Part shown: positions 8,761 through 19,012 of the stretch, one piece after another
Numbering within the stretch: position 1 is the stretch's first letter
Layout: each line of letters begins with the position of its first letter
Origin: Gemmatimonadota bacterium
Lineage (GTDB): Bacteria > Gemmatimonadota > Gemmatimonadetes > Gemmatimonadales > Gemmatimonadaceae
Length of the DNA stretch: 64,000 nt
Assembly (NCBI GenBank): GCA_031372565.1
Contig: JANMLN010000083.1
Span: 1 to 64,000 of the forward strand
Direction: 5' to 3'
The notes under the pieces: model-generated
Databases searched by the model: none
What the model was told of the DNA's origin: nothing
What the model saw: only the letters and a program-made list of their open reading frames with translations
Made by a program: the position numbers and the translations under genes

Positions 8761-9041
8761 GGGGGCGGGGCCGCCTCGTGGTTGGCGCGCTCCTCGTTGG
8801 TTTCGTCTGTGTGGCCAGCGGCGTCATATGGAGGCGCAGCGTCGGCTATGCCGGAGCCCGCGCCCTCGCGGACCTGGATCGCAAGAAGAAAGCGCTCGAG
8901 GACCGTCGGGTTCGTCTGGAAACCGAGATTCGCGACCTGTCGAGCCGCGAGAAACTCGGTGCTGTTGTTGAACGCACCCTGAACATGCGCGTCCCCCCGG
9001 ACAACAGCGTGATCATGGTCCAGCGCCCTGCACCCCACTAG
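8742..9041 (+). CDS. ftsL: Cell division protein FtsL-like
   Basis: Short basic N-terminus, one TM and a coiled coil. Lies between rsmH and ftsI. Confidence 0.75.
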   Translation: MATARVGGRGRLVVGALLVGFVCVASGVIWRRSVGYAGARALADLDRKKKALEDRRVRLETEIRDLSSREKLGAVVERTLNMRVPPDNSVIMVQRPAPH

Positions 9042-9056
9042 CCCGCACTGCCCGCG

Positions 9057-11066
9057 ATGACCCGCCCCGATCGCCTGCGCCTCCTCACCATCGGCATGAC
9101 GGTATTCGTTGTCGCGATCATCGCGCGCGCCGGATACGTGCAGCTGTGGGACGGCCATCGGTGGACGAAGGCGGCCCGCAAGCAACAGTTCGCCGGAGCC
9201 GACCTGCCGGCGCCACGCGGCACGATTCTCGATGCGACCGGCGTCGTGATGGCCGAGAGCCGCGAGATGGTCCGGCTCAACATCGCGCCGCGTGAGGTGG
9301 CCAAGAAGCAGGCGCTTCCGCGGTTGCGACGCGCGCTCACCACGCTCGGCTTCACGCCGGACGAGATCGCGCGCGCCACGGACGTGAGTCGCGCCTGGGT
9401 CGAACTGCGCACACCGGTGCGTCCCGGGCCGGACACCATCGCCACGGCCATTGCCGGCGTGCATCCGCAGCGCGTGATGGAGCGCGTGTACTCGGGCGCC
9501 GAGGGGATGCGTCGCGTGGTCGGCCATGCCAACGCGACCGGTGCGGTGGACGGCATCGAGCGCGCGCTCGATTCGTTGCTCACCGGGCGCAAGGGGAAGG
9601 CCGCGGTGCCGCGCGATGCGCGCGGGAACCTGCTCGCCCCCGCCGATGCCGAGGCCGCGCGCGTGACCAGCGGACAGACGGTGGTGCTCACGCTCAACCG
9701 CGCCGTGCAGGACATCGCCGAGCGCGCCTTGGCCGACGCGCTTCGCCACACGGGGGCCACCGGCGGCGACATTGTCGTGCTGGATCCGCACGACGGCGCC
9801 GTGCTGGCGCTCGCCGCGCGCCGGCCTGCGGTCGCCACCGCCGTCACGGCGTTCACCGAGCCCTACGAGCCGGGCTCGACGCTCAAGCCGTTCGTCGCCG
9901 CGCGGCTGCTCGCGCTCAAGCGCGCCCGCGCGGACGAGATGATGGGGACCTTCAACGGCCGCTACACCGTCGATGGACGGACGATCACCGATACGCACAA
10001 GGCGGCGCAGCTCTCCTTGCGCGACGTCATCAAGTACTCGAGCAACGTCGGGATCGTGCGGTTCGGCGAGCGGCTGAGCGCGCGCGAGGAGTACGACCTC
10101 CTCCGCGAGGCGGGGTTCGGCGCGGTGACCGGTGTGCCGTATCCGGTCGAGTCGCGCGGTCGGTTGCGTCCGCTGGAGCAATGGACGCGCCAGTCGCGCG
10201 CGAGCCTGCTCATGGGGTACGAGTTGGCCGTGACGCCGATCCAGCTCGCCGCAGCCTACGCCGCCTTCGCCAACGGCGGAACGCTCCTCAAGCCTGCACT
10301 GGTGCGCGAGATCCGGGACGCCAACGGACGCGTCACCTTCCGCCACCAGCGGACCATCGTGCGCGAGTTGATGTCGCGCGCGCTCTCCGATTCGGTGCGC
10401 GACATGCTGCGCGACGTGGTCGAGGGCGGCACGGCGGAGAGCGCCGCGCTCGCGGCGTTCGAGGTCGCCGGCAAGAGCGGCACGGCGCGTCGTGTCGAGC
10501 ACGGGAAGTACGTGACCGGCGCCTACACCGCGAGCTTCGTCGGCCTCTTTCCCGCCGACAAGCCGCAACTCGTGATCCTCGTGAAGCTCGACAACCCGCG
10601 AGATGGCTACTACGGCGGCAAGGTGGCGGCGCCGGTGTTCCGCCAGGTGGCCTTGGGCGCGATTGCCGCACGTGATGCGTCGCTCGACCTGGCACAGCTG
10701 GCCGGCAGTCAGCGCATCGCCGCGGCGCCCGACTCGGCCGTTGCACGACCGCTCGCACGGAACGACGGTGCCACCCTGGCCGAGGCAAAGTCGGCCGACA
10801 TCGCGACCATCCCGACCACCGCGTCGGGGGACACGGCGGCCGTGCCGTTCGTGGTGCGACTCGATGCGCCCCGCCATCAAGCGGCCGTGCTCACGGCGCC
10901 GCGGCCCGTGCCCGACGTGCATGGTCTGCCGCTCCGGCGCGCCGTGCTGACCCTGCACGAGGCTGGCTTTCGCGTGAGTGTGGGCGACGGGCCCGCTGGC
11001 GCCACGCTGCCTGCTGCGGGCGCCATGGCGCGGCCAGGCTCGATCGTGCGGCTCGGCGCATGGTAG
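9057..11066 (+). CDS. ftsI: Class B penicillin-binding protein FtsI with C-terminal PASTA domain
   Basis: RGTILD, EPGSTLKPF (SxxK), YSSNVG (SxN), GKSGTA (KSG), and C-terminal VPDVHGLPLRRA. Confidence 0.93.
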   Translation: MTRPDRLRLLTIGMTVFVVAIIARAGYVQLWDGHRWTKAARKQQFAGADLPAPRGTILDATGVVMAESREMVRLNIAPREVAKKQALPRLRRALTTLGFTPDEIARATDVSRAWVELRTPVRPGPDTIATAIAGVHPQRVMERVYSGAEGMRRVVGHANATGAVDGIERALDSLLTGRKGKAAVPRDARGNLLAPADAEAARVTSGQTVVLTLNRAVQDIAERALADALRHTGATGGDIVVLDPHDGAVLALAARRPAVATAVTAFTEPYEPGSTLKPFVAARLLALKRARADEMMGTFNGRYTVDGRTITDTHKAAQLSLRDVIKYSSNVGIVRFGERLSAREEYDLLREAGFGAVTGVPYPVESRGRLRPLEQWTRQSRASLLMGYELAVTPIQLAAAYAAFANGGTLLKPALVREIRDANGRVTFRHQRTIVRELMSRALSDSVRDMLRDVVEGGTAESAALAAFEVAGKSGTARRVEHGKYVTGAYTASFVGLFPADKPQLVILVKLDNPRDGYYGGKVAAPVFRQVALGAIAARDASLDLAQLAGSQRIAAAPDSAVARPLARNDGATLAEAKSADIATIPTTASGDTAAVPFVVRLDAPRHQAAVLTAPRPVPDVHGLPLRRAVLTLHEAGFRVSVGDGPAGATLPAAGAMARPGSIVRLGAW

Positions 11067-11091
11067 CCTGCGCGCGCGCGAGCTGGGCGTC

Positions 11092-12555
11092 ATGAGCCGC
11101 GCGCAGTCTGTCGTCGACGCGCTCCGCGAGGCGGGCCTGCTGGCCGACGTGTTCGGCGACCTGCCGACCGATGTCACGGGCATCACCGATGACTCACGCC
11201 GGGTCGCGCCAGGCGGCCTGTTCGTGGCGGTGCGCGGCAGCGCCGGCGACGGCCATGACTTCCTCACGGCCGCCGAGAAGGCCGGCGCGGCGCTGGCGAT
11301 CGTGGAGGATTGGTCGCGTACCGCCTTGCCGGTGCTGGTGGTCACCGACGCGCGCCGTGCGGCGGCGGTGGCGGCCGCGGCCTTCTTCGGCTGGCCTGCG
11401 CGCCATCTGGCGATGGTCGGTGTCACCGGCACGAACGGCAAGACGACGACCGTCGGCATGCTGCGCCATCTGCTCGATGGCGACGACGGGCATCGCGCCG
11501 CGTCGATCGGGACGCTCGGTGTCCTCATCGGCAGCGCGGGCACGCCAATGGATGGCGGCCGCGGGCTCACGACGCCGGGTCCGGTCGAGCTGCAGGGGGT
11601 GCTCGCCCAGCTCGTGCAGCGCGGTGTCCGGCGCGTTGCGATGGAAGTCTCGAGCCATGCCCTCGATCAGCGCCGGGTCGAGGGGATCGCCTTTCACGCG
11701 GCGGTCTTCACGAACTTCACGCGCGACCACCTCGACTATCACGGGACCATGGAGGCGTACTTTGCGTCCAAGGCGCGTCTGGTCGATGCGGTGCGCCACG
11801 ACGGGACCGTGGTCGTCAACGCCGACGATCTCGCGTGGGAGTCGTTGCCGCGCACGCGAACACAACTCCGCTTTGCGTTGTCGGACGATGGTGCCGCCGT
11901 GCGCGGCGAACAGGTGCGCTTCTCGCCGAGCGGGAGCCGGTGGACGCTCGTCGCGCATGGTGAGCGTGCGGCCGTCACGTTGCCCTTGATCGGCGACTTC
12001 AACGTGGCCAACGCGCTCGGTGCAGCGGCCGCCGCGATCGCCCTGGGGCTCACGGTGCATGAGGTGGCCGCGCGCCTCGACACGCTGCCGCAGGTGCCGG
12101 GGCGACTCGAAGTGCTGCGTGAAGCGCCGGTCGTGCTGCGCGACTACGCCCACACCCCCGATGCGCTCGAACGGGCGATCGCCGCCGTACGCCCGTTCAC
12201 CGCTGGTCGGCTCATCGTCGTCTTCGGCTGTGGCGGTGATCGCGATCGCGGCAAGCGCCCCGTCATGGGGCACATCGCCGCGACGCGCGCCGACTTGGCG
12301 ATCGCCACCAGCGACAACCCGCGCACGGAGGATCCGGAGAAGATCCTCGACGAGATCGAGGCCGGGATGGGCACGGTGCCGCACTGGCGGATCGAAGATC
12401 GACGCGCGGCGATTCGCGCCGCCCTCGACGAGGCCCGGACCGACGACGTGATTCTCCTCGCCGGGAAGGGGCATGAGGATTACCAGATCCGCGGCACCGT
12501 GAAGGAGCCGTTTGACGAGCAGGTGGTCGTGCGGGAGCTGTCGGCGCTGCGCTGA
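11092..12555 (+). CDS. murE: UDP-MurNAc-Ala-Glu--meso-DAP ligase MurE
   Basis: GVTGTNGKTT, MEVSSHAL, NFTRDHLDYH, DYAHTPDAL, SDNPR (DAP-specific motif), AGKGHE. Confidence 0.96.
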   Translation: MSRAQSVVDALREAGLLADVFGDLPTDVTGITDDSRRVAPGGLFVAVRGSAGDGHDFLTAAEKAGAALAIVEDWSRTALPVLVVTDARRAAAVAAAAFFGWPARHLAMVGVTGTNGKTTTVGMLRHLLDGDDGHRAASIGTLGVLIGSAGTPMDGGRGLTTPGPVELQGVLAQLVQRGVRRVAMEVSSHALDQRRVEGIAFHAAVFTNFTRDHLDYHGTMEAYFASKARLVDAVRHDGTVVVNADDLAWESLPRTRTQLRFALSDDGAAVRGEQVRFSPSGSRWTLVAHGERAAVTLPLIGDFNVANALGAAAAAIALGLTVHEVAARLDTLPQVPGRLEVLREAPVVLRDYAHTPDALERAIAAVRPFTAGRLIVVFGCGGDRDRGKRPVMGHIAATRADLAIATSDNPRTEDPEKILDEIEAGMGTVPHWRIEDRRAAIRAALDEARTDDVILLAGKGHEDYQIRGTVKEPFDEQVVVRELSALR

Positions 12556-12593
12556 GACGGCGTGCCACGCGAGGCTTCACTCCGCCACGCCGC

Positions 12594-12599
12594 TACCTT
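12594..12599 (+). promoter_or_regulatory. Putative -10 element for leaderless murF transcription
   Basis: TACCTT followed by 7 nt and then the ATG. The same geometry occurs at ftsY, the hybrid kinase and tetR. Confidence 0.4.
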
Positions 12600-12606
12600 T
12601 CCCGCC

Positions 12607-14007
12607 ATGGCTTTCTGGACTCTCGCTCGTCTTGCGGCCGCACTCGACGGTGCCGATCCCGCCGTGGGGGTGCCTCCCGTCGGAGGCCGCGCCCCGATCA
12701 TGCGCGGTTGGGATGACCGTCCCATTCGCGCCATTGCCACCGACACGCGCGCCATTCAGCCGGGCGACGCCTTCGTTGCGCTCGCGGGTGAACAGTTCGA
12801 CGCGCATGACTTCCTCGCCGACGCGGTCGCCAAGGGCGCCATCGCACTGATCGTCCACGATCCCGCGCGCGCCGCATCGCTCGGTGTCCCGGTCCTGGCG
12901 GTGCCCGACACGCGCACGGCGCTCGGCCGCCTCGCCCGCTACCGCCGCCGCGCCTGGGGCAGGCCCGTGGTCGCGATTGGAGGCTCCAACGGCAAGACGA
13001 GCACCAAGGCGCTCGTCGTGGCTGCGCTCGGCGCGCGGTACCGCGTGCATGCCACCACCGGCAACCTGAACAACCAGATCGGCGTCCCCCTCACGCTGCT
13101 GGCCATTCCCGATGACGCCGACATCGCCGTGGTCGAGATGGGCACGTCGCTGCCGGGGGAGATGGCCATCCTGCGCGAGATCGGCGTGCCCGACCTCGCG
13201 ATCATCACCAGCATCGGCGAGGAGCATCTCGAAGGACTGGGCTCGCTCGATGGCGTGCTCGCCGAAGAGGCTGCGCTCGCGGATGGCGTGCCCGTCGTGA
13301 TCGTCCCGGCTGATGAGCGCGCGCTGATCGAGCGGATTTCGTCGAGGACGCCACGACTCGTGACCGTGGGTCTGGTGGACGCCCAGGTGCAGGCCGAGCG
13401 CATGGCCCTCGAGCCCGACGGACGCGGCACGCTGACCATGGCCGGCACGACCGTCACGCTGCCCCTGGTCGGCGAGCACAACCTGCGCAACGCGCTGCTC
13501 GCGGTTGCCGTCGCGATCGAGGCGGGCATCCCCGCCGCCGAGGCGGTGCAGGCACTCGCGCACACCGCGCAGCCCGCGATGCGGTCGGCCGCCGAACCGC
13601 TCGGCCGCGCGCAGCTCATCAACGACGCCTACAATGCCAATCCGCCCTCGATGCGTGCGGCACTCGCCCTGCTCGAGGCGATGGGAACGGGCCGTCAGCG
13701 CGTGGCCGTGCTGGGCACCATGCGCGAACTGGGCGCCCACGCCGATGCACTGCACGCCGAGATGGCGCAGCGGGCCCTGGCGTCGTCGGCCGACGTGATT
13801 GCAGGGGTCGGGGAGATGGGGACGGCGCTCGCCGCCGTCGCACCGGGCGATCCGCGCGTCGTGACGGCGGCGGACCCGGATGCCCTCTGGCCGCTGTTGG
13901 AACCGCGCCTCGACCCCGCAGCGCTCATCCTGCTCAAGGCATCGCGTGGCGTTCGACTCGAGCGAATCGTCCCACTTCTTGCGGGGTGGTCCGCGCGGCA
14001 CGCGTAG
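12607..14007 (+). CDS. murF: UDP-MurNAc-tripeptide--D-Ala-D-Ala ligase MurF
   Basis: GGSNGKTSTK, GNLNNQIGVPLTL, VVEMG, INDAYNANPPSM, VLGTMRELG, LKASRGVRLE. Confidence 0.96.
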   Translation: MAFWTLARLAAALDGADPAVGVPPVGGRAPIMRGWDDRPIRAIATDTRAIQPGDAFVALAGEQFDAHDFLADAVAKGAIALIVHDPARAASLGVPVLAVPDTRTALGRLARYRRRAWGRPVVAIGGSNGKTSTKALVVAALGARYRVHATTGNLNNQIGVPLTLLAIPDDADIAVVEMGTSLPGEMAILREIGVPDLAIITSIGEEHLEGLGSLDGVLAEEAALADGVPVVIVPADERALIERISSRTPRLVTVGLVDAQVQAERMALEPDGRGTLTMAGTTVTLPLVGEHNLRNALLAVAVAIEAGIPAAEAVQALAHTAQPAMRSAAEPLGRAQLINDAYNANPPSMRAALALLEAMGTGRQRVAVLGTMRELGAHADALHAEMAQRALASSADVIAGVGEMGTALAAVAPGDPRVVTAADPDALWPLLEPRLDPAALILLKASRGVRLERIVPLLAGWSARHA

Positions 14008-14062
14008 CGGGTCGCGCTCGGACCATCTCGTTCGACTCCACCAACATCCCCCGTACCACCAC

Positions 14063-15205
14063 GTGCTGCCGCTCTTCCTCGGGCCTCTCGCCGCGAAGCT
14101 CACTTTCCTGCGGCTGTTCAACTACATCACGTTCCGCGCCACGATGGCGGCGGTGACGGCGCTCGTCGTCGCCTTCGTCCTCGGTCCGTGGATTCTGCGA
14201 CGGCTGCAGTCGCTGTCGGTACATCAGGTCGTGCGTGAAGGCACGCCGGACACGCACAAGGCCAAGGGCACGACGCCGACGATGGGCGGGCTCATCATCC
14301 TCGCCGCCACGCTCATCCCCACGCTGCTCTGGGCGCGACTCTCCAACCGGTACGTGATCATCGCCATGGGGGTGATGGTCTGGATGGGGGCCATCGGCTT
14401 CCTCGACGACTGGCTCAAGCTCAAGCAGAAGCGCGAGGGGAAGAAGAACGAGGGGTTGGTCGAGCGATACAAGCTCGCCGGTCAGGTGAGCCTGGGCATT
14501 GCGCTCGGCCTCTACCTCTGGCTCGTGCCCATCTCGAACCTGCCCGGCGCCAGCACGACGCTCCCGTTCTACAAGTACGTGCTCGTGGTGCCCGCCGCTT
14601 CCTGGTTGGCGTGGACGTACGTGCCGTGGGTGACCTTCGTGCTGACGGGCGCCAGCAACGCGGTCAACCTCACCGACGGCCTCGACGGCCTGGCCACGGG
14701 GCTCACCGCCATCGCGGCCATCACGTTCGCCGTGTTCGCGTACGTCATTGGCCGCGTCGACACGTCCGCCTACCTGCAGATCTACTACATGCGCGGGGCG
14801 GGCGAACTGGCGGTGTTCTGCAGTGCACTGCTTGGAGCGGCCATCGGCTTCCTCTGGTACAACACCTTCCCGGCGCAGGTCTTCATGGGCGACACGGGCT
14901 CGCTCGCGCTCGGCGGTGCGCTTGGCGCCATTGCCATCCTGCTGAAGATCGAATTCGTGCTCGGCATCATCGGCGGCGTGTTCATGGTGGAGACGCTCTC
15001 GGTCATCATCCAGCGCTCCGTGTTTCGCTATCGCAAGGCCAAGCACGGCCTCGAGTACGCGCAGCAACACCGCGTCTTCCTGCGTGCACCCATCCATCAC
15101 CATTTCGAGTTGAAAGGGTGGCCCGAGACACAGGTCGTCGTCCGGTTCTGGATCCTCGGCATCGGCTGCGCCTTCCTCGCCTTGTCCACACTCAAGCTCC
15201 GCTAG
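14063..15205 (+). CDS. mraY: Phospho-N-acetylmuramoyl-pentapeptide transferase MraY
   Basis: KGTTPTMGG, GFLDDWLK, SNAVNLTDGLDGLA, VFMGDTGSLALG, APIHHHFE. GTG start inferred at 14063. Confidence 0.96.
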   Translation: MLPLFLGPLAAKLTFLRLFNYITFRATMAAVTALVVAFVLGPWILRRLQSLSVHQVVREGTPDTHKAKGTTPTMGGLIILAATLIPTLLWARLSNRYVIIAMGVMVWMGAIGFLDDWLKLKQKREGKKNEGLVERYKLAGQVSLGIALGLYLWLVPISNLPGASTTLPFYKYVLVVPAASWLAWTYVPWVTFVLTGASNAVNLTDGLDGLATGLTAIAAITFAVFAYVIGRVDTSAYLQIYYMRGAGELAVFCSALLGAAIGFLWYNTFPAQVFMGDTGSLALGGALGAIAILLKIEFVLGIIGGVFMVETLSVIIQRSVFRYRKAKHGLEYAQQHRVFLRAPIHHHFELKGWPETQVVVRFWILGIGCAFLALSTLKLR

Positions 15206-15231
15206 AGCAGCGCGCGCAGGCGCGATACGCC

Positions 15232-16644
15232 ATGCCTGATCTCCTCGCTGGCCGCAGCGGCGACGTCGCCGTTGTCGGCCTCGCCAAGTCGGGGCGCGCG
15301 GCGGCGCTCCTCCTCGCCCGTCACGGACACGCGGTCTACGCCAGCGACGCGGGCTCGAGCGCGAGCGTACAGGAGGCGGCGCAATCGCTGCGTGGAGCCG
15401 GCGTGAGCGTCGATGTCGGCGACCACGACCTCAACCGGATCGGCCGCGCCGCCGTCGTCGTCGTGAGCCCGGGGGTGCCCCCCACCGCACCGCCGCTGCT
15501 CGCTGCGCACGCCGCCGGCGTCCCCATCATCAGCGAGATCGAACTCGCACTCCGCGCGCTGCCCGACCTGCGCGTCATCGCCATCACCGGCACCAACGGG
15601 AAGACCACCACGACCGCGCTCGTGGGTCACCTCCTGCGGGCCCTCGGTCACGACGCGGTCGAGGCAGGGAACATCGGGTTGCCGCTCGCTGAGGTCGCCA
15701 TGCGCGCGCAGCCGCCACGCTGGTGCGCGCTCGAGATCTCCAGCTATCAGCTGCACGACACGCCCGGGATCAATCCCGTCGTCGGCGTCGTCACGAACTT
15801 GAGCCCCGATCACCTCGACCGGTACGCCAGCGTGGAGGCGTACTACGCCGACAAGGCGCTGCTGTACCGCAACGCCCATGCCGGCTCCCGCTGGATCGTG
15901 AACGCGGACCAGCCCGAGACGCGAAGCCTTGCCCTGCAGCGTCCGGGCGCGGCCGAGTCGCGTGCGGTGCTCATGGGCACGACCTGGCGCTTCTCCGTGC
16001 AGGACAAGACCGAGGCGTGGTTCGATCGGACCACGGGCCAGCTACAGCTGCTCGGCGAACCGCTGATCGCACGAAGCGCCATCTCGCTCGTCGGTGACCA
16101 CAACGTGGCCAACGCGTTGGCCGCATCGCTCGCGGTGATGGTGGCCGACCCCACCCACCAGACGGCCGCCGCCCGCAGTCAAATTGCCGGCGCCCTCGGC
16201 ACCTTTCGCGCGCTCAAGCACCGCCTCGAGCCGGTGGCCGAGATCGGCGACGTCGTGTGGATCAATGACTCGAAGGCCACGAATGTGAGCAGCACGCTCG
16301 TGGCGGTGCAGGGCATGACGCGACCCACCGTGGTGCTCCTCGGCGGCCGACACAAAGGCGAACCGTACAGCGCCCTGATCGAGCCGCTGCAGAAGGCTGC
16401 GCGACTGGTCATCGCGTACGGGGAGGCGGCACCCCTCATTGCGCGTGATCTGGCGGCGCATGTGCCGCTTGAGCGGATGGGATCGTCCTTCGAGGATGTC
16501 GTCGCACGCGCCCGCGCCGTCGCGCGGCCGGGCGACGCAATCCTCCTGTCTCCGGCCTGCTCGAGTTTCGACATGTTCCCGAACTACGAGGTCCGCGGCG
16601 CGACGTTCGCCACCCTTGCCCATGCGGGCGGCGCCGGCGCGTGA
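15232..16644 (+). CDS. murD: UDP-MurNAc-L-Ala--D-Glu ligase MurD
   Basis: VVGLAKSG, VVSPGVP, ITGTNGKTTT, LEISSYQL, DHLDRY, INDSKATN, LLSPACSSFDMF. Confidence 0.96.
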   Translation: MPDLLAGRSGDVAVVGLAKSGRAAALLLARHGHAVYASDAGSSASVQEAAQSLRGAGVSVDVGDHDLNRIGRAAVVVVSPGVPPTAPPLLAAHAAGVPIISEIELALRALPDLRVIAITGTNGKTTTTALVGHLLRALGHDAVEAGNIGLPLAEVAMRAQPPRWCALEISSYQLHDTPGINPVVGVVTNLSPDHLDRYASVEAYYADKALLYRNAHAGSRWIVNADQPETRSLALQRPGAAESRAVLMGTTWRFSVQDKTEAWFDRTTGQLQLLGEPLIARSAISLVGDHNVANALAASLAVMVADPTHQTAAARSQIAGALGTFRALKHRLEPVAEIGDVVWINDSKATNVSSTLVAVQGMTRPTVVLLGGRHKGEPYSALIEPLQKAARLVIAYGEAAPLIARDLAAHVPLERMGSSFEDVVARARAVARPGDAILLSPACSSFDMFPNYEVRGATFATLAHAGGAGA

Positions 16645-17873
16645 CCAGCATCGCGCTTCCCCGGGCCTTGGGCGGCCGCTCGGACGCCGACGCCACGATC
16701 CCGGTCGGCGCTGCGGCTCCGCGGGCACCAGTCGAGCGGATCCGGTGGCGCATGGGGTTCGAAGCGCGCGTGTTGCTGCTCCTCACCGCAGTGCTGCTCA
16801 CGTGGGGGCTGGCCGTGCTGTACTCGGCGAGCGCCATCGTGGCGCTGCAGGAGGGGCGGAGCGGGGCCTACTACGTGATCCGGCAGGCGCAGGGGGCCGT
16901 CGCCGGCATCATTGTGTTTGCGGTGAGCGCCAAGATCGACGTGGGACGGTGGGAGAAGTGGGCGTGGCCGCTCATGATCCTTTCGCTCGTGACGATGTGC
17001 CTGGTCATCCTGCCGTGGACCCTGAGCATCGCGCCGCGCATCAACGGCTCGCGCCGCTTCCTGATCGGGTCGTCGCTGCAGCCGTCGGAGCTCGCCAAGC
17101 TGGCCGTGGTCGTCTGGACCTCCATGCTGGTCGTTCGAAAAGGCGATACGCTGCGGCGCCTCACCAAGGGGCTCGGGCCCTTCCTGCTCGTCATCGGCCT
17201 GCTCGACCTGTTCGCCATCCTCGAGCCGGACCTCTCCGCCGCCATGATGTACACCCTGGTCATGGGGATCATCCTGTTCGCTGGCGGGGTGCGCATCGGG
17301 CACTTCGTGGCTCTGGGCATCCTGAGCATCCCGATCCTGTGGCACGAGATGCAGCGACTGACGTACGTGTTCAACCGGCTCCTCGTCTTCTACACGGACA
17401 CCGGCGGGCTCGAGAAGATCGGCTACCAACTCAAGCAGTCGCTGATCGCCGTGGGATCAGGCGGGCTGCTGGGCGTGGGGTTCGGCGAAGGCCGCCAGCA
17501 GCTCGGTTATCTCCCGCTGCCGTTCAACGACTTCATTGCCGGCAACATCGGCGAGGAGTGGGGCTTCGTGGGGATCACGGCCGTGACGCTCGCGTTCGGC
17601 GTCTGGGGCTGGCTCGGCTTCCGGATCGCGCGGCGGGCGCGCTCCACCTTTCTGCAGCTGACGGCCGTGGGACTGACTTTCACGGTGGTCATCACGGCGT
17701 TCCTGCACATCGGGGTCGCCATCGGCCTGCTGCCGACGACCGGCCTGACGCTGCCCTTCATCTCCTACGGGCGCTCCAACCTGCTCCTGTCGCTGCTCAT
17801 GACGGGCATGCTGGTGAACATCGGGAGCACGCGTGAACAGGTGGCTGACGCCTCCGTCAGGCGCCCCGCCTAG
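16641..17873 (+). CDS. ftsW: SEDS peptidoglycan polymerase FtsW
   Basis: Multi-TM protein with LQPSELAK, EPDL, YQLKQSLIAVGSGG, IGEEWG, PTTGLTLPFISYG. Confidence 0.95.
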   Translation: MTSIALPRALGGRSDADATIPVGAAAPRAPVERIRWRMGFEARVLLLLTAVLLTWGLAVLYSASAIVALQEGRSGAYYVIRQAQGAVAGIIVFAVSAKIDVGRWEKWAWPLMILSLVTMCLVILPWTLSIAPRINGSRRFLIGSSLQPSELAKLAVVVWTSMLVVRKGDTLRRLTKGLGPFLLVIGLLDLFAILEPDLSAAMMYTLVMGIILFAGGVRIGHFVALGILSIPILWHEMQRLTYVFNRLLVFYTDTGGLEKIGYQLKQSLIAVGSGGLLGVGFGEGRQQLGYLPLPFNDFIAGNIGEEWGFVGITAVTLAFGVWGWLGFRIARRARSTFLQLTAVGLTFTVVITAFLHIGVAIGLLPTTGLTLPFISYGRSNLLLSLLMTGMLVNIGSTREQVADASVRRPA

Positions 17874-17886
17874 GGGCGGCGGCACC

Positions 17887-18981
17887 GTGGATGTGGTCTT
17901 CGCGGGCGGAGGAACGGGGGGCCACCTCTATCCGGCTCTGGCGGTCGCTCGCGCCATGGTCCGCCTTGATCCGCGGGTGCGCCCGTTCTTCATCGGCGCC
18001 GAGCGCGGCATCGAGAAGCGGGTTCTTCCGACGACGGAGTTCCCGTTCGCGCTCTTTCCGGTGCACCCGATCTACCGCACCGGGATTGCCCGAAACTGGA
18101 TAGGCATCCGCCAGACGCTCGGGAGCTGGGGCGGGATGGGGAAGGCGATCGCTGACCGGAAACCGGTCGCTGTGATAGGCACCGGCGGGTACGCATCGGG
18201 AATGGCGCTGGCGTGGGCCATCACCCACGGCGTGCCGACCGCGCAGGTCGTGGCCGATGCCATTCCCGGGATCACCGCTCGCGCCACGGCGCGGTGGGCG
18301 CGCGCGCTGTATCTGGGCTTCGAGGCGGCCCAGGACCGCGTCGGGGCCGGCGCCGATACGGCGGTTCTGGTCACGGGTAACCCGGTCGAGCCGCCCCCTG
18401 TCCCGCGACCGGACCGCGCAGCCGCCCGTGCCCTCTTCGGCATCGAGGCCGACCCTGCGCTGCAGGTCGTGCTCATTTTCGGTGGAAGCCAGGGATCGGA
18501 GGCCATCAACTCGGCCGTCGCCGAGTGGCTTGCGCGGCCGCTGCCGCCGCATGTGCGGGTCATCTGGGCCGTCGGGCATGCCCATTGGGAGAAGTACGGG
18601 GGGCGAGACACCGCACAGGTCAGGACGCGACCGTATCTTTCGCCGATCAGTGATGCCTACGCCGCCGCGGATTTGGCGGTCACCCGAGCGGGAGCGATGA
18701 CCTGCTCCGAGCTGGCGGCGTGGGGGCTTCCTGCCATTTTGATACCACTCCCGTCCGCAGCGGCCGACCACCAGACTGGAAACGCGAAGGCCATCGCGGA
18801 TGCCGGGGCAGGGGAGCTTTTGCGCCAGACACCGGGTTTTTCCACCATGCTTGGGTCGACAGTCGAGCGCCTACTCGGCGACCGGACGCTTCTTGATCTG
18901 ATGGCACAACACGCGTCACATATCGGTAGAGTTGACGCGTCTCAAGTTATGGCGAAAGATATACTTACACGATTTAGTTGA
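17887..18981 (+). CDS. murG: Lipid II GlcNAc transferase MurG
   Basis: FAGGGTGGHLYP, GTGGYAS, TGNPV, FGGSQG, TRAGAMTCSEL, DHQTGNA. GTG 17887 is the preferred start (alternative 17833). Confidence 0.95.
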   Translation: MDVVFAGGGTGGHLYPALAVARAMVRLDPRVRPFFIGAERGIEKRVLPTTEFPFALFPVHPIYRTGIARNWIGIRQTLGSWGGMGKAIADRKPVAVIGTGGYASGMALAWAITHGVPTAQVVADAIPGITARATARWARALYLGFEAAQDRVGAGADTAVLVTGNPVEPPPVPRPDRAAARALFGIEADPALQVVLIFGGSQGSEAINSAVAEWLARPLPPHVRVIWAVGHAHWEKYGGRDTAQVRTRPYLSPISDAYAAADLAVTRAGAMTCSELAAWGLPAILIPLPSAAADHQTGNAKAIADAGAGELLRQTPGFSTMLGSTVERLLGDRTLLDLMAQHASHIGRVDASQVMAKDILTRFS

Positions 18982-19012
18982 TCTTGTTTCTACTACCTAT
19001 GCACCCGTATGC

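Noticed and set aside
8544..11570. 1008-aa antisense ORF over ftsL/ftsI/murE, and many similar long shadow ORFs (e.g. 6011-7957, 38156-40291, 43745-45772)
   Set aside because: Arg/Ala/Pro-rich with no recognisable motifs. Expected from stop-codon scarcity in high-GC DNA opposite real genes.
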